Origin: a virus
Lineage: Duplodnaviria > Caudoviricetes
Strand: one strand, 5' to 3'
Length of the DNA: 64,000 nt
IMG/VR virus record: IMGVR_UViG_3300021093_000004
Translations under genes and position numbers: made by a program
The notes under the pieces: generated by a model
What the model was told of the DNA's origin: nothing
What the model saw: only the letters and a program-made list of their open reading frames with translations
The model's database searches: none
Part shown: positions 8,669 to 17,785 of the stretch, in pieces
How the letters are laid out: each line of letters begins with the position of its first letter
Position numbering within the stretch: position 1 is the first letter of the stretch

Positions 8669-9994
8669 TTAATTTCCGAGAGGTCTCCCGGTGTAACTGT
8701 TGATGTTCACCTGCATTCTTGCAATAGGTCCCTCACTGTGATCCCAAACAAAAGCCATTGCGCCTCGCTGTTGCCAGTTAAACGCTTTGATTCTGTGCCA
8801 GGCATTAGGTGGCGTCAGTGAGGGTAGGTATTCTACGCTGACACCTTGCTCCTCCATAATTACCGGACTACCTGAACCTTTACGGTGCTGGTCACCCAAG
8901 TGCCATTCACGAAAACAAGTCTTAGCCCATTGGTTTTTAGCTTCGTGAGCCATTAGTCCGGCTAAGCGAATTGGTTTAATGTGATGTCCATGGTCGAAAC
9001 CTACCAAGTTTACCCCGTAATGCCAAAACTTGTACGGCGACGAATCCACAATCACGCTGACATTGCTGTTCTGTCGGTAGTATGCCCGCAAAACATGTCC
9101 TAAACTAAAAGAAGAAACCTGATCATGGTTTCCGCTAATTTGAATTACGCGAACAGGAGCTACCTCAGAAAGACGTTCCACGATCGCGATTCCAAGCTCA
9201 ATAGCTTTCTCGTACACCGTAAAGTACGACACGCCTTCTGGCTGTAGTGTTCCTTTCGTTGTCGTGTGCATTAGATTGTCGTGGTGCATAAAGTCATTGC
9301 CAAATGGAAAGACAATTTCTTCAAAATCACCATAACTAGCTGCACGTTCAAGCAACCGATCGACAGTCCACATACAAAGCTTAGAACACTGCGATAAATC
9401 CCAAGAGTGATCGCTTTCACCCTTAAAACAAAGCATGCCAAGGTGCGGGTCCATCAAAGAAACTTCTAAAGCACGCCGCGTTTTGGATGAACGTCCTTTA
9501 GGATACTTAATGCGTGCGCGGAACGGTCCGTGCTTAGACAACTTGTCGAGCAAACGCTCTACCGCGATCTTTTCGTCTCGCTTGCGACGCAAAAGAACTT
9601 TAATCTGCCGCAAGCCAGTTTTGTAGATACCGCCGTCTGATTTTCCTCCGGCTTGTTCCCAGACGTTAGTAATGACTTGATCAATCTCAAAAAGTGCGAG
9701 ATCAATTCCGGATTTTAAAATCAATTCTTCGTAGGTGTGAATCTGTTCACCAAAATATTCAATCTCAGTGACAGCACCTTTTTCTTTGATGTTTACTTTC
9801 TCTTTTGCCGAAACAGTGTTGCCCGACTGCAAGTCTTTTCGCAATCGATCAAGAAGTCCCGACTCTTTTAGTTTATAAAACACACAACCACGCGAGACGT
9901 TCATCTGTCTTGCGGTTTCTGCTAGATTGCCTTTATTAGCTAAAGCTAGCGAATACAACTCCTGATCTGTCAACTTATTGGCACGTTCGGCCAT
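8669..9994 (-). CDS. N-terminal HTH plus calcineurin-like metallophosphoesterase
   Basis: GNLAETARQMNVSRG HTH; DPHLG, GNDFMH, SGNHD, HGH, GDQH motifs. Confidence 0.75.
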   Translation of the reverse strand: MAERANKLTDQELYSLALANKGNLAETARQMNVSRGCVFYKLKESGLLDRLRKDLQSGNTVSAKEKVNIKEKGAVTEIEYFGEQIHTYEELILKSGIDLALFEIDQVITNVWEQAGGKSDGGIYKTGLRQIKVLLRRKRDEKIAVERLLDKLSKHGPFRARIKYPKGRSSKTRRALEVSLMDPHLGMLCFKGESDHSWDLSQCSKLCMWTVDRLLERAASYGDFEEIVFPFGNDFMHHDNLMHTTTKGTLQPEGVSYFTVYEKAIELGIAIVERLSEVAPVRVIQISGNHDQVSSFSLGHVLRAYYRQNSNVSVIVDSSPYKFWHYGVNLVGFDHGHHIKPIRLAGLMAHEAKNQWAKTCFREWHLGDQHRKGSGSPVIMEEQGVSVEYLPSLTPPNAWHRIKAFNWQQRGAMAFVWDHSEGPIARMQVNINSYTGRPLGN

Positions 9995-10071
9995 TGTTTA
10001 TCCTCCATGACGCGACATTGTCGCAACTTTCTTTAGTTTTGGGTTGGATTAACAATCTGGCACAAAATTAA

Positions 10072-10144
<73 letters not shown>

Positions 10145-10215
10145 CTTGAGGAATCATTCGTTCAATTTAATCGAAAACTAGCAACGATTGGTAAGCAAGA
10201 TTCAAGCATGATCCA

Positions 10216-10461
10216 ATGTGTTGGACCAGCGACGGTTATAAGGACACTATTCGATATTGGCAGACCGGCAACAAAGACCTGGATATTCTGCTGAAGGGCG
10301 TTGGAGAAGTCAGTGAACAAGTATGTCTAGACTTCGGCTGCGGAATAGGAAGGCTGACTATTCATGCCAAAGAAGCATTCAGGAAAGTACATGGAATTGA
10401 TATATCAAAAACGGTTATTGATATAACCAAGAATAACGAAAGTGATTCATTAGACACCTGA
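10216..10461 (+). pseudogene. Truncated class I methyltransferase
   Basis: CLDFGCGIGR and GIDIS motifs, then an early stop. Confidence 0.6.
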
Positions 10462-10503
10462 GTATATAGAAATTGTTCGACTCTTGTTAGATTTACAGAA
10501 ATC

Positions 10504-10731
10504 ATGATCCACGAGTTCAACAAGCCAATACCTGTAGTCGTTGAAGGTAACAAAACAGGTTATGCAATTTATGTCCAATCTTCAGGCATGTTTGAGAATG
10601 ATGTGTGGTGCGTCGTCCATTGTGATGGCGGAATAGTTAGACACTACACTACTGACCAGATCAGGGTTTACCAAAATCTGACATTTAATATCAAGAAATC
10701 AGGTGGTCAGACGCAGGAATGTCAAACATAG
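10504..10731 (+). CDS. Phage hypothetical protein
   Basis: Compact ORF with GYAIYV, ENDVWCVV, VRHY segments. Confidence 0.55.
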   Translation: MIHEFNKPIPVVVEGNKTGYAIYVQSSGMFENDVWCVVHCDGGIVRHYTTDQIRVYQNLTFNIKKSGGQTQECQT

Positions 10732-10844
10732 CATTGGAGGTTACTATGACATTCAAAGAGCGATTCGTTGTTGGTCTCGAACAACCCTGAATCGCTTTGG
10801 CTACCAGAGATGCACAAATGGGCCGATGTTCATGAAGGATAATT

Positions 10845-11567
10845 ATGTCAGATCCCATATGGGTCGGTTCTCTCGACGATATTCGACATGGCGAAGCTGC
10901 ATTAGCGGCTATCAAAGAACAAAGTGACGTCGATCGCTGGGTCGATGGTCAAGGTATCATTCAAGTTGATAGAAATAGATGGGAAGCCGCCCAAAAGTTC
11001 GAACGACAAGGCTGGATGAACGCATGGGCCTCTGATTCTGATGATCGCAGCCGCGAGCACCACCAATTGTTTGATGGCTATAATGCAGTTCCACCAAATC
11101 TTGGTAACATATTAGAAGTTGGCTGTGGTCCGTTCACTCAAACGCGGACGATCTTATCTGCCCGCTCTGCAACTTCGATTACTCTACAAGATCCGTTGAT
11201 TAACGACTATCTTCATCATCGGCATTGTAGTTATACCAATCGCCGATTGCATGATATTCCGGTGACGTTAGTCCCAATGATGCTTGAGTATTTCACACCA
11301 CCGGAAGAATTCGATACTGTGGTGTGTATCAATGTTTTGGAGCACACCATGGACGTGAAAGTGTGTCTTCAACATATGCTCGCGGCACTGAAGCCGGGCG
11401 GAATATTGATTTTTGGGGAGCGAATTTACGACGACTTCGATCCTACGAGATTATATTGTATCGGGCACCCCATTCGGATTTGCAAAGCGATTGTTGACGA
11501 ATTCAAAAAGAATTTCAGGATGCTTTTTGAGCGTAGTGATAATGGCTATTTCATAGGTCAGAGATGA
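10845..11567 (+). CDS. Class I SAM-dependent methyltransferase
   Basis: ILEVGCGP, FDTVVCINVLEH, LKPGG. Confidence 0.8.
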   Translation: MSDPIWVGSLDDIRHGEAALAAIKEQSDVDRWVDGQGIIQVDRNRWEAAQKFERQGWMNAWASDSDDRSREHHQLFDGYNAVPPNLGNILEVGCGPFTQTRTILSARSATSITLQDPLINDYLHHRHCSYTNRRLHDIPVTLVPMMLEYFTPPEEFDTVVCINVLEHTMDVKVCLQHMLAALKPGGILIFGERIYDDFDPTRLYCIGHPIRICKAIVDEFKKNFRMLFERSDNGYFIGQR

Positions 11568-11634
11568 GTCTCTTTGACATATGAACCAGTGGGCACTTGT
11601 TTTAACATACTCGCTCCACGTGTTAGGAGCGTAT

Positions 11635-12243
11635 ATGAACCTTTTCATACTGAATGTTGATCCACGTCAAGCGGCTATCGAGAACTGCGATAAGCATGTT
11701 TGTAAGATTATCCTCGAAGCCGCCGATATGTTGTGTTTAGCTCATTGGCACTTCGATTTTCCACGCATCGCACAAGCCCCGCAGATTCTTAGAGAATCTC
11801 GAATGGTTGTCAATGACAAGGGCACCCATCGGTGCGTTTGGCGGTATCGCCCCCAGAGTCAGAATAACAATCATGTTAGTGTCTGGGTCCGCACGAGTCT
11901 TGAAAATTATCGTTGGACAGGGCAGCATGGTCTGGCACTTTGTGACGAATATGAACGTCGCTATGCACACACATTGCGTAAGAAGGGTTTACTGCATCAT
12001 CAGACCCGACCAATTATGGAGTGGTTCGCGAAGAATGAACCACCGATCCAGTCTGTTGACAGAACGCCTTTTCGCCAAGCGGTAGCAGAAGATTGCTACA
12101 ATTCCGACATTGTTACTGCATATCGTGAATATTATGTGAGATACAAGGTACGATTTGCTAAATGGCGATTGGGTAATGTACCAGAATGGTTTACGGATGG
12201 TGTAAGGGCAAATCTTACTTCTTTTCCATCTTCCGCAACTTAG
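11635..12243 (+). CDS. Pyrimidine-dimer DNA glycosylase (DenV-like) family protein
   Basis: MNLFILNVDP, CDKHVCKIILE, W..TSLENY.W, AYREYY, FAKW. Confidence 0.7.
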   Translation: MNLFILNVDPRQAAIENCDKHVCKIILEAADMLCLAHWHFDFPRIAQAPQILRESRMVVNDKGTHRCVWRYRPQSQNNNHVSVWVRTSLENYRWTGQHGLALCDEYERRYAHTLRKKGLLHHQTRPIMEWFAKNEPPIQSVDRTPFRQAVAEDCYNSDIVTAYREYYVRYKVRFAKWRLGNVPEWFTDGVRANLTSFPSSAT

Positions 12244-12374
12244 TATAAATCTTTCGGATTTTCTTTGAGATGATCTTTCGCGATTTCTTTGGCGACTCTG
12301 CTGTCTGATGTCTGTTCTAATTTGGTTTCGATTCTCATTCGAAGTTGTTCGGGATCGAATTTACGTAGTCGCAT
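12215..12374 (-). pseudogene. Frameshifted small protein, DUF5661-like
   Basis: QLRMRIETKLEQTSDSRVAKEIAKDHLKENP; a 1-nt shift restores YTKLRKMEKK*. Confidence 0.55.
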
Positions 12375-12378
12375 AAGC

Positions 12379-12834
12379 TTATAACGAAACGTCTTCATCA
12401 GTCAAATAATAGGTAGCTCCGAAACCCTCACGAAATCCGTGCTTTTTATAGATTTGGGCAGACCCTTCCGTCGAAGATAGGTACAATCCAGCCCCATGGT
12501 CTGCGGCTACGGACTTTAAACCTCTTATGACTTCTGATCCAATTCCAGGATGGGCGGTTGCTAAACTTCCTATTCTTAAATAATCGCCCTTGGGCATCCC
12601 TTCAGAGTCTCCATGATCTGGTGCTTTCCAGAGACTAGCCACTCCTACAAGCTTGCCGCTGTGATCTCTAAATGCATGAACATCGAACCATTTCGGAGAA
12701 TCACCTGTGGCAGCCGATAGGGCTCGTTGCAATCTTTCTCCGTCTGGAAACGAATTTAGAATTTCATATACGATTGTTCTTCCATCTAACACTTGACTTC
12801 GAAGCCTATTTTCATCTATTATTCGTAGTCGCAT
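12379..12834 (-). CDS. GNAT-like acetyltransferase with MRLRIIDE N-terminus
   Basis: LVGVAS, IGSLATAHPGIGSEVI, IYKKHGF; start set at ATG 12834. Confidence 0.6.
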   Translation of the reverse strand: MRLRIIDENRLRSQVLDGRTIVYEILNSFPDGERLQRALSAATGDSPKWFDVHAFRDHSGKLVGVASLWKAPDHGDSEGMPKGDYLRIGSLATAHPGIGSEVIRGLKSVAADHGAGLYLSSTEGSAQIYKKHGFREGFGATYYLTDEDVSL

Positions 12835-12870
12835 ACTGGCCCGTTTCCTATCCTGGGCGGTCACACTTAT

Positions 12871-12944
12871 GCCGCTATCAGCTAGAAACCAAGGCTACCC
12901 GGTTCTAAGCCGGGTAACGGTGGGTTCGAATCACCATAGCGGTA
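12871..12944 (+). tRNA. Amber (CUA) suppressor-like tRNA
   Basis: Acceptor GCCGCTA/TAGCGGT; anticodon arm CCCGG-TTCTAAG-CCGGG; TTCGAAT present; D-loop lacks GG and T-stem is irregular. Confidence 0.72.
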
Positions 12945-12947
12945 TAC

Positions 12948-13018
12948 GTGACTGCAACTCAGCGGTATTAGAGCACCGCCTTGATAAGACGGGGGTCGTT
13001 CGATCCGGACCAGTCGCA
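12948..13018 (+). tRNA. Degenerate tRNA-Ile(GAT)
   Basis: Acceptor GTGACTG/CAGTCGC; anticodon loop TTGATAA; shortened, irregular T-arm. Confidence 0.55.
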
Positions 13019-13522
13019 CTAGATGGTTTTACGCCGTGGAAGATGCTTAGTTTTAGGTCGTGGCTTCTTCTTCCCGAACTTCAAGCCATGAGGACCGGGG
13101 GTTTGGGATTCCACGACTTCAGACTGCATTACGGGTGATTCAACAACCGGCTCAACTGCGGCTGGAGCTTCAGTAGGGGGAATTCTACTAACCGGTTCTT
13201 CGGCGGGAGGCAATTCAGGCTCTGGTTCGCCCTTTGGCTCTGGTGGGGGAGTTCGTGTTTCTGCCACTTCTTGTGGCTTCTCTTGCGTCAGAACGGGATC
13301 GACGGGCTTCTGGGCCTCTTCGGTCTTAAGTGGCTTTTCGGACTTCGGAGAAGCCTCGACGAGCTTTTCGGTAGCCGGTTGTTCGGCCACGACAGGCTTT
13401 TCGGACTTCGGAGAAGCCTCGACGAGCTTTTCGGTAGCCGGTTGTTCGGCCACGACGGGCTTTTCGGCCTTAGTAGCTGGCTTATCGGAAGATTTTTCAG
13501 TAGGTTTCTTGGTTTCGTCCAT
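13019..13522 (-). CDS. Pro/Glu/Lys-rich repetitive protein
   Basis: 21-aa repeats EKPVVAEQPATEKLVEASPKS; basic C-terminus. Confidence 0.6.
   Translation of the reverse strand: MDETKKPTEKSSDKPATKAEKPVVAEQPATEKLVEASPKSEKPVVAEQPATEKLVEASPKSEKPLKTEEAQKPVDPVLTQEKPQEVAETRTPPPEPKGEPEPELPPAEEPVSRIPPTEAPAAVEPVVESPVMQSEVVESQTPGPHGLKFGKKKPRPKTKHLPRRKTI
13332..13467 (-). repeat. 63-bp coding tandem repeat (about 2.2 copies)
   Basis: Units start at 13332, 13395 and 13458. Confidence 0.88.
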
Positions 13523-13555
13523 TAATTCCTTCTCCTGTATAATAGATTTGCCCAT

Positions 13556-13636
13556 GTACATGTGGTGGAATGGTAGACACGCTGGTCTTAGGAGCCAGTG
13601 CCGTAAGGTGTGAGGGTCCGAGTCCCTCCGTCCACA
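13556..13636 (+). tRNA. Degenerate tRNA-Leu(TAG)
   Basis: Leu-type D-arm and long variable arm; two acceptor-stem mismatches; T-loop TCCGAGT. Confidence 0.6.
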
Positions 13637-13727
13637 CTATTTAAGTACCGTCAGCCGCAAGGCTACCATCGTGGAAATATCACGAAGGCGATGATCGTAG
13701 CCACAGTCCTTACTAAAGGCTCATAAT

Positions 13728-13810
13728 GGTCGTGTGGTGGAATGATAGACACGGGGGTCTCAAAAGCCGCTGATCGTAAGATCGTGAGGGTTTAACTCCC
13801 TCCTTGACTA
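13728..13810 (+). tRNA. Degenerate tRNA-Leu(CAA)
   Basis: Loop CTCAAAA; long variable arm; mismatches in acceptor and anticodon stems; T-loop TTTAACT. Confidence 0.62.
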
Positions 13811-13815
13811 TTATA

Positions 13816-13889
13816 GGGCGTTTAGCTCAGTTGGTAGAGCATCTGCTCGACACGCAGAAGGTGCACTGGTTCTACTCCAGTAATGCCCA
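13816..13889 (+). tRNA. tRNA-Val(GAC)
   Basis: Good cloverleaf; anticodon loop TCGACAC with C at position 33. Confidence 0.8.
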
Positions 13890-13900
13890 CTGTATTTTAC

Positions 13901-13982
13901 GGAGGGTATCCGAATGATCAGGAAGCCGTTTCGAAAACAGCCGGGTCGAAAGGCTTTTAGGGTTCGAATCCCTTGTCCTCCG
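13901..13982 (+). tRNA. tRNA-Ser(CGA)
   Basis: Loop TTCGAAA, long variable arm, TTCGAAT T-loop, G discriminator. Confidence 0.72.
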
Positions 13983-13990
13983 CTTGATAG

Positions 13991-14413
13991 GTGAATATGT
14001 ACGCAATATTATACAATGATGCTCAATTAAAAATCGCTGATATTCACGCTGAATGTGGGCATGAACGATGGGTGCCCTTAATGGTATATCGTCCAATTGA
14101 TGATCCAGGAGGTCTACCCAGACTAGTCCTATTTGATAATAAGGACTCAGCCTATCGGTTCGCGAGGCGCAACGTGACTTCTCAAATGGAGAAAAAAGGA
14201 TGGCTGCGTGGATCGGTATTTCTGACACGAGAAGACATTGAAGCAATCAAAGCACGTGGATGGATATTAGACATATTCCAATGGCCTCGGAAAATCATTG
14301 GAAATAAAGATTTATTGGTGAGCTTTGAAGTTCACGAATTCGCTGGCCGAGTAGATGTGAGACATATCCATGGTAAAACACGACCAGAGCTTCCCAAATC
14401 TGACGATCTTTGA
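13991..14413 (+). CDS. Hypothetical protein
   Basis: 140-codon ORF within the tRNA cluster. Confidence 0.55.
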   Translation: MNMYAILYNDAQLKIADIHAECGHERWVPLMVYRPIDDPGGLPRLVLFDNKDSAYRFARRNVTSQMEKKGWLRGSVFLTREDIEAIKARGWILDIFQWPRKIIGNKDLLVSFEVHEFAGRVDVRHIHGKTRPELPKSDDL

Positions 14414-14621
14414 TGATTTCTTGCCGCCAGAAGAACTCGCGTATTGGAAGGAACGAGTCGAAACCGGCGAAGAATCGGTCTGTTTATACGGGGACGACAT
14501 CAAAAAACACGGAATTATATAAGAGATGTCGAGAATTAGTCGGTCAATCCGACAGATGGTTCATTGCGATCTTCGATAGTATTGAAATGGCGATTGCCTC
14601 TTGAATATATTTCGTGATTAT

Positions 14622-14706
14622 GACCGGATGGTGGAATGGTAGACACTAGGGACTTAAAATCCCTTGCTCTGTAACGGGCGTGAGGGTTCGACTCCCTCTC
14701 CGGTCA
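14622..14706 (+). tRNA. tRNA-Leu(TAA)
   Basis: Perfect acceptor GACCGGA/TCCGGTC; AGGGA-CTTAAAA-TCCCT; TTCGACT T-loop. Confidence 0.9.
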
Positions 14707-14714
14707 CTGAATCT

Positions 14715-14742
14715 GGAGGGTATCTGAATGGTTAGGAAGCTG
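14715..14742 (+). pseudogene. 5' remnant of a tRNA-Ser
   Basis: GGAGGGTATCTGAATGGTTAGGAAGCTG closely matches the 5' end of the Ser tRNA at 13901; no 3' half. Confidence 0.55.
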
Positions 14743-14964
14743 AAAGCGTACTACAAGCAGTACACGGCAGTACACGTTCCACATCGATTTATCGCGAGTT
14801 CTGTCATTTCGTCACCTCGTGATCTATAATATATATCTGTTATGTCTATATATTCTACACAGAGGCGAATAAACAGCAAGTCATTAGAAGAAATGGGGTC
14901 GGGCTACCAAAAATTAATTATCGTCTAGGCGATCCAGAGGGCGACGGTCCTCATTATAATCTGG

Positions 14965-15447
14965 TTAATAATCATAATCTGGTTCATAATCATAATCGCC
15001 GCCAGACAGCTTATCATATTCTTTCTCGATAACTGTCGCTTCCAATTTTTCATGGAAGTAGGCTACGGCTGACTTTTTCCAGATTTCCAATTGTTCTAGA
15101 GTCGGTTGGATTTCATTGCCGTCTTCATCGTATCCGACGACATCCATATTGGTGATTTTGCCGATTTGCACATCGGGACTTTCGGCGGGTGTTTCATATG
15201 TGGCTGGATACCAGCCGCCGCTGATGTGTACCTCATAGGTATAAATAACGTGGCCGGTAGTCCCCGATGCGTCTAACGGGACTTCTTCATCTTCGTAAGT
15301 CCCTTCGCCGCCGCCAGTGTGAGTTCGTTTGTTACCGTATCTTCCCATCTCGTTGACGACAGGAGCACTTTCGATCAAGATGTCTGGATCATAGGTGAGC
15401 ATACTTGCCACTAGATCCACCACATTTTTTTCAACTGGCTTTGGCAT
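14965..15447 (-). CDS. Hypothetical acidic protein
   Basis: ORF with an upstream ACGCAAAAATA motif and an internal ILIE site. Confidence 0.6.
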   Translation of the reverse strand: MPKPVEKNVVDLVASMLTYDPDILIESAPVVNEMGRYGNKRTHTGGGEGTYEDEEVPLDASGTTGHVIYTYEVHISGGWYPATYETPAESPDVQIGKITNMDVVGYDEDGNEIQPTLEQLEIWKKSAVAYFHEKLEATVIEKEYDKLSGGDYDYEPDYDY

Positions 15448-15494
15448 AGCGATCTCCTAGTTTTAATATTTTTGCGTCTAGGTAAACATAGTGT

Positions 15495-16925
15495 ATGAAG
15501 CTGAAACTCATTACCGAAGGTATATCGTACTTACCAAATTCTGGAGTCGATCTTGCTCAAATTGAGCAACGACTCCAGGGTGAGGCAAAGGTCAATCAAA
15601 TTGATTTGATGCAATTTCTTGAGGCTAATGGTACGTTTGTATTCCAACCGCAAGATTCTCCAAATGATATTATCAAGATTGAACCATTTCAAAAATCTGT
15701 TAATCTCAATATAGCTCCTACCGACCCTGAAGCCCTAGAATCATTTCAAGGGGCACGGATATACTATGCATATCGTGTGGCTGATCCCGCAGACATCGAC
15801 CTCGATTTCTACAAAGCAAAACAAGAACCGCCGATTTTACGAGCCCTTAGTGCTATTTCTCCACCACGAGGAAAATTCAGAAGATTGAATAATCTTGATT
15901 CTCTGTCAGCAAAACACCAAGAATTATTGAGAGACCTAAATAGTAAATCGGTTCAATATCACAACGATGCCCACCGTGCACAAGTACACGGTGAATTGCA
16001 GGGTGACATTGATGTCATAAAACAAGTCGAAGGACTGCTGAAGACAAATGGAGTGGAATCAGTCGATGGCCTGAGAAAAATACTTGCTAAATCAACTCGC
16101 CGATATAATACAGGCAAGAAAAAACTGTTACCGGCTCTTAAAAATGCTCTTGGGCATATTATTAAACATCCACGCAATGCACATGAAGCTCAACTGCGTA
16201 CTACTATATTGGATCAGATTATTAACAAAGTCAATGTAATCGGACAGTGGGGCGATGGGCACGATGTTTTCCCGGACATTATTGCATACCCAACTTCGAC
16301 TGTTCGTGCTGGTGAGACTCAAAGTTTCAATCAGGAATTCGCGAATCGCATCTCTGAAGCATATGGTGGTGTTCCGGTAATTGAAATTGCCAAACGGCCC
16401 AGAGAAGACACCACCGATTACTTCGAATCGACTATTGATCGTGCTGCGCTTCAGCGATTTGCAAATACTATACATAACAAATACTTAACGACGCCGCCAG
16501 GTCCGGCGTTAGCGAAAAAAAGGCAAATTACCAGGAAGACACAATTAAAATATTTGGGGGCAGTTCGATACAACGAAACGATACTCCCAACTGATCCTAG
16601 ATGGCCTAAGTTGTGGGCTGACAAAGAATTTGCGAAGCTTCAGAAGGGGCTAGAACGTACGCCGGTTGGTCTACAGCCAACTTATAAATCACTTGCCGGA
16701 CCATCCGGCAGCATGGGATCTAAACGGCGATACGTACAATTATTTGGGAAAAGTGCCGGAGTATCCCAATATAATTCGGATGATCAGCTACGAGGGAAAA
16801 ATGTCTTAATTGTAGATGATAATATTCAGTATGGCGGAACCATGGAAACGCTCCACAAATTAGTGAATGAAGCGTCTCCACAGAGTATAACCGTCTTTGT
16901 TCCGTTTTATTTCGGAAAGTTCTAG
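15495..16925 (+). CDS. Large protein with C-terminal type I phosphoribosyltransferase-like motif and MKLKLITE N-terminus
   Basis: NVLIVDDNIQYGGT PRPP-binding loop; IIAYPTS segment. Confidence 0.65.
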   Translation: MKLKLITEGISYLPNSGVDLAQIEQRLQGEAKVNQIDLMQFLEANGTFVFQPQDSPNDIIKIEPFQKSVNLNIAPTDPEALESFQGARIYYAYRVADPADIDLDFYKAKQEPPILRALSAISPPRGKFRRLNNLDSLSAKHQELLRDLNSKSVQYHNDAHRAQVHGELQGDIDVIKQVEGLLKTNGVESVDGLRKILAKSTRRYNTGKKKLLPALKNALGHIIKHPRNAHEAQLRTTILDQIINKVNVIGQWGDGHDVFPDIIAYPTSTVRAGETQSFNQEFANRISEAYGGVPVIEIAKRPREDTTDYFESTIDRAALQRFANTIHNKYLTTPPGPALAKKRQITRKTQLKYLGAVRYNETILPTDPRWPKLWADKEFAKLQKGLERTPVGLQPTYKSLAGPSGSMGSKRRYVQLFGKSAGVSQYNSDDQLRGKNVLIVDDNIQYGGTMETLHKLVNEASPQSITVFVPFYFGKF

Positions 16926-17008
16926 GCAGGTTATTCATCGGCAAACCATAATACCATATTGGTAAGCCATGATTGTAATTCATCGAGGCTGTTCGGATTT
17001 AGATCGAC

Positions 17009-17089
17009 CGTATGTGCGCACATACGAGATTCCTACCGTGAATTCTGAACCGCCGAGATTCCTACCGTGAATTCTGAACCGCCGAGATT
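17009..17089. repeat. 18-bp perfect palindrome abutting a 29-bp tandem duplication
   Basis: CGTATGTGCGCACATACG at 17009-17026; CGAGATTCCTACCGTGAATTCTGAACCGC at 17025-17053 and 17054-17082, plus a partial third copy. Confidence 0.88.
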
Positions 17090-17113
17090 ACTGATGACTG
17101 TGAATAGCGATCA

Positions 17114-17674
17114 TCATAGAGTCCGATTTTTGCCAGCAGCCCTGTGATTATAGCCTTCTCTGTGTTGGTTCGTGGCATGTCGGGGAATCGGTGGCTGTAC
17201 ATGTTGGTTCAATAGGGTAAAGACTTGAAGTAGGAATGCCTGTACGAAATCTCCAATACCAGGGCTAGTCTTGTCAGAATTTCCTGCTATGTTCAGGATT
17301 TTGATATCGTTCTCGATGATCCAGTTCGACACATCTTCAGGCGTCGTGGTTTCACGTCTAACGTCAATCGACAGGCTCGGTTTGCCATATTGCCGAATCA
17401 TTTTCGCGGTGAGTTGTTCTCCCGGTGACACGAAATTCGACGCGAACCGTATAGTCCCATCTGATTCTTTCACATTTAGAGCGGTGCGTGGTGGGTATTC
17501 AGGGCTTTCGTGTTCTTTGATGCCGTATTGGTAAGCGAACTCTGGATGAGACCCGTCGTGTGCCTTGAAGCCTTTCGGCATCCATCCACCGGTCTTTAAC
17601 CCGGCTGTAATAGCCGCGTCCAATCCCGCTCGGTCGGCTCCGGTCTGCCCTCCAGAAATCACTTTGGTTAACAT
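17114..17674 (-). CDS. SLOG-superfamily protein (putative molybdenum-carrier/YpsA-like)
   Basis: VISGGQTGADRAGLDAA, RTALNVKESDGT, ILNIAGN. Confidence 0.8.
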   Translation of the reverse strand: MLTKVISGGQTGADRAGLDAAITAGLKTGGWMPKGFKAHDGSHPEFAYQYGIKEHESPEYPPRTALNVKESDGTIRFASNFVSPGEQLTAKMIRQYGKPSLSIDVRRETTTPEDVSNWIIENDIKILNIAGNSDKTSPGIGDFVQAFLLQVFTLLNQHVQPPIPRHATNQHREGYNHRAAGKNRTL

Positions 17675-17785
17675 GTGGGACCTCCGTTAGTGTTGTTGCA
17701 TTGTTTACCTTTATTGTTAAATACAGTCTATTTCTGAATGAAGATGTGGTAGTCAGAATCTGCCGTCTCCCACTAAGGAACAAGC

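Noticed and set aside
12871-12944. tRNA-Pyl identity
   Set aside because: It retains the TTCGA T-loop, does not resemble known pylT sequence, and no pyl genes are in the window
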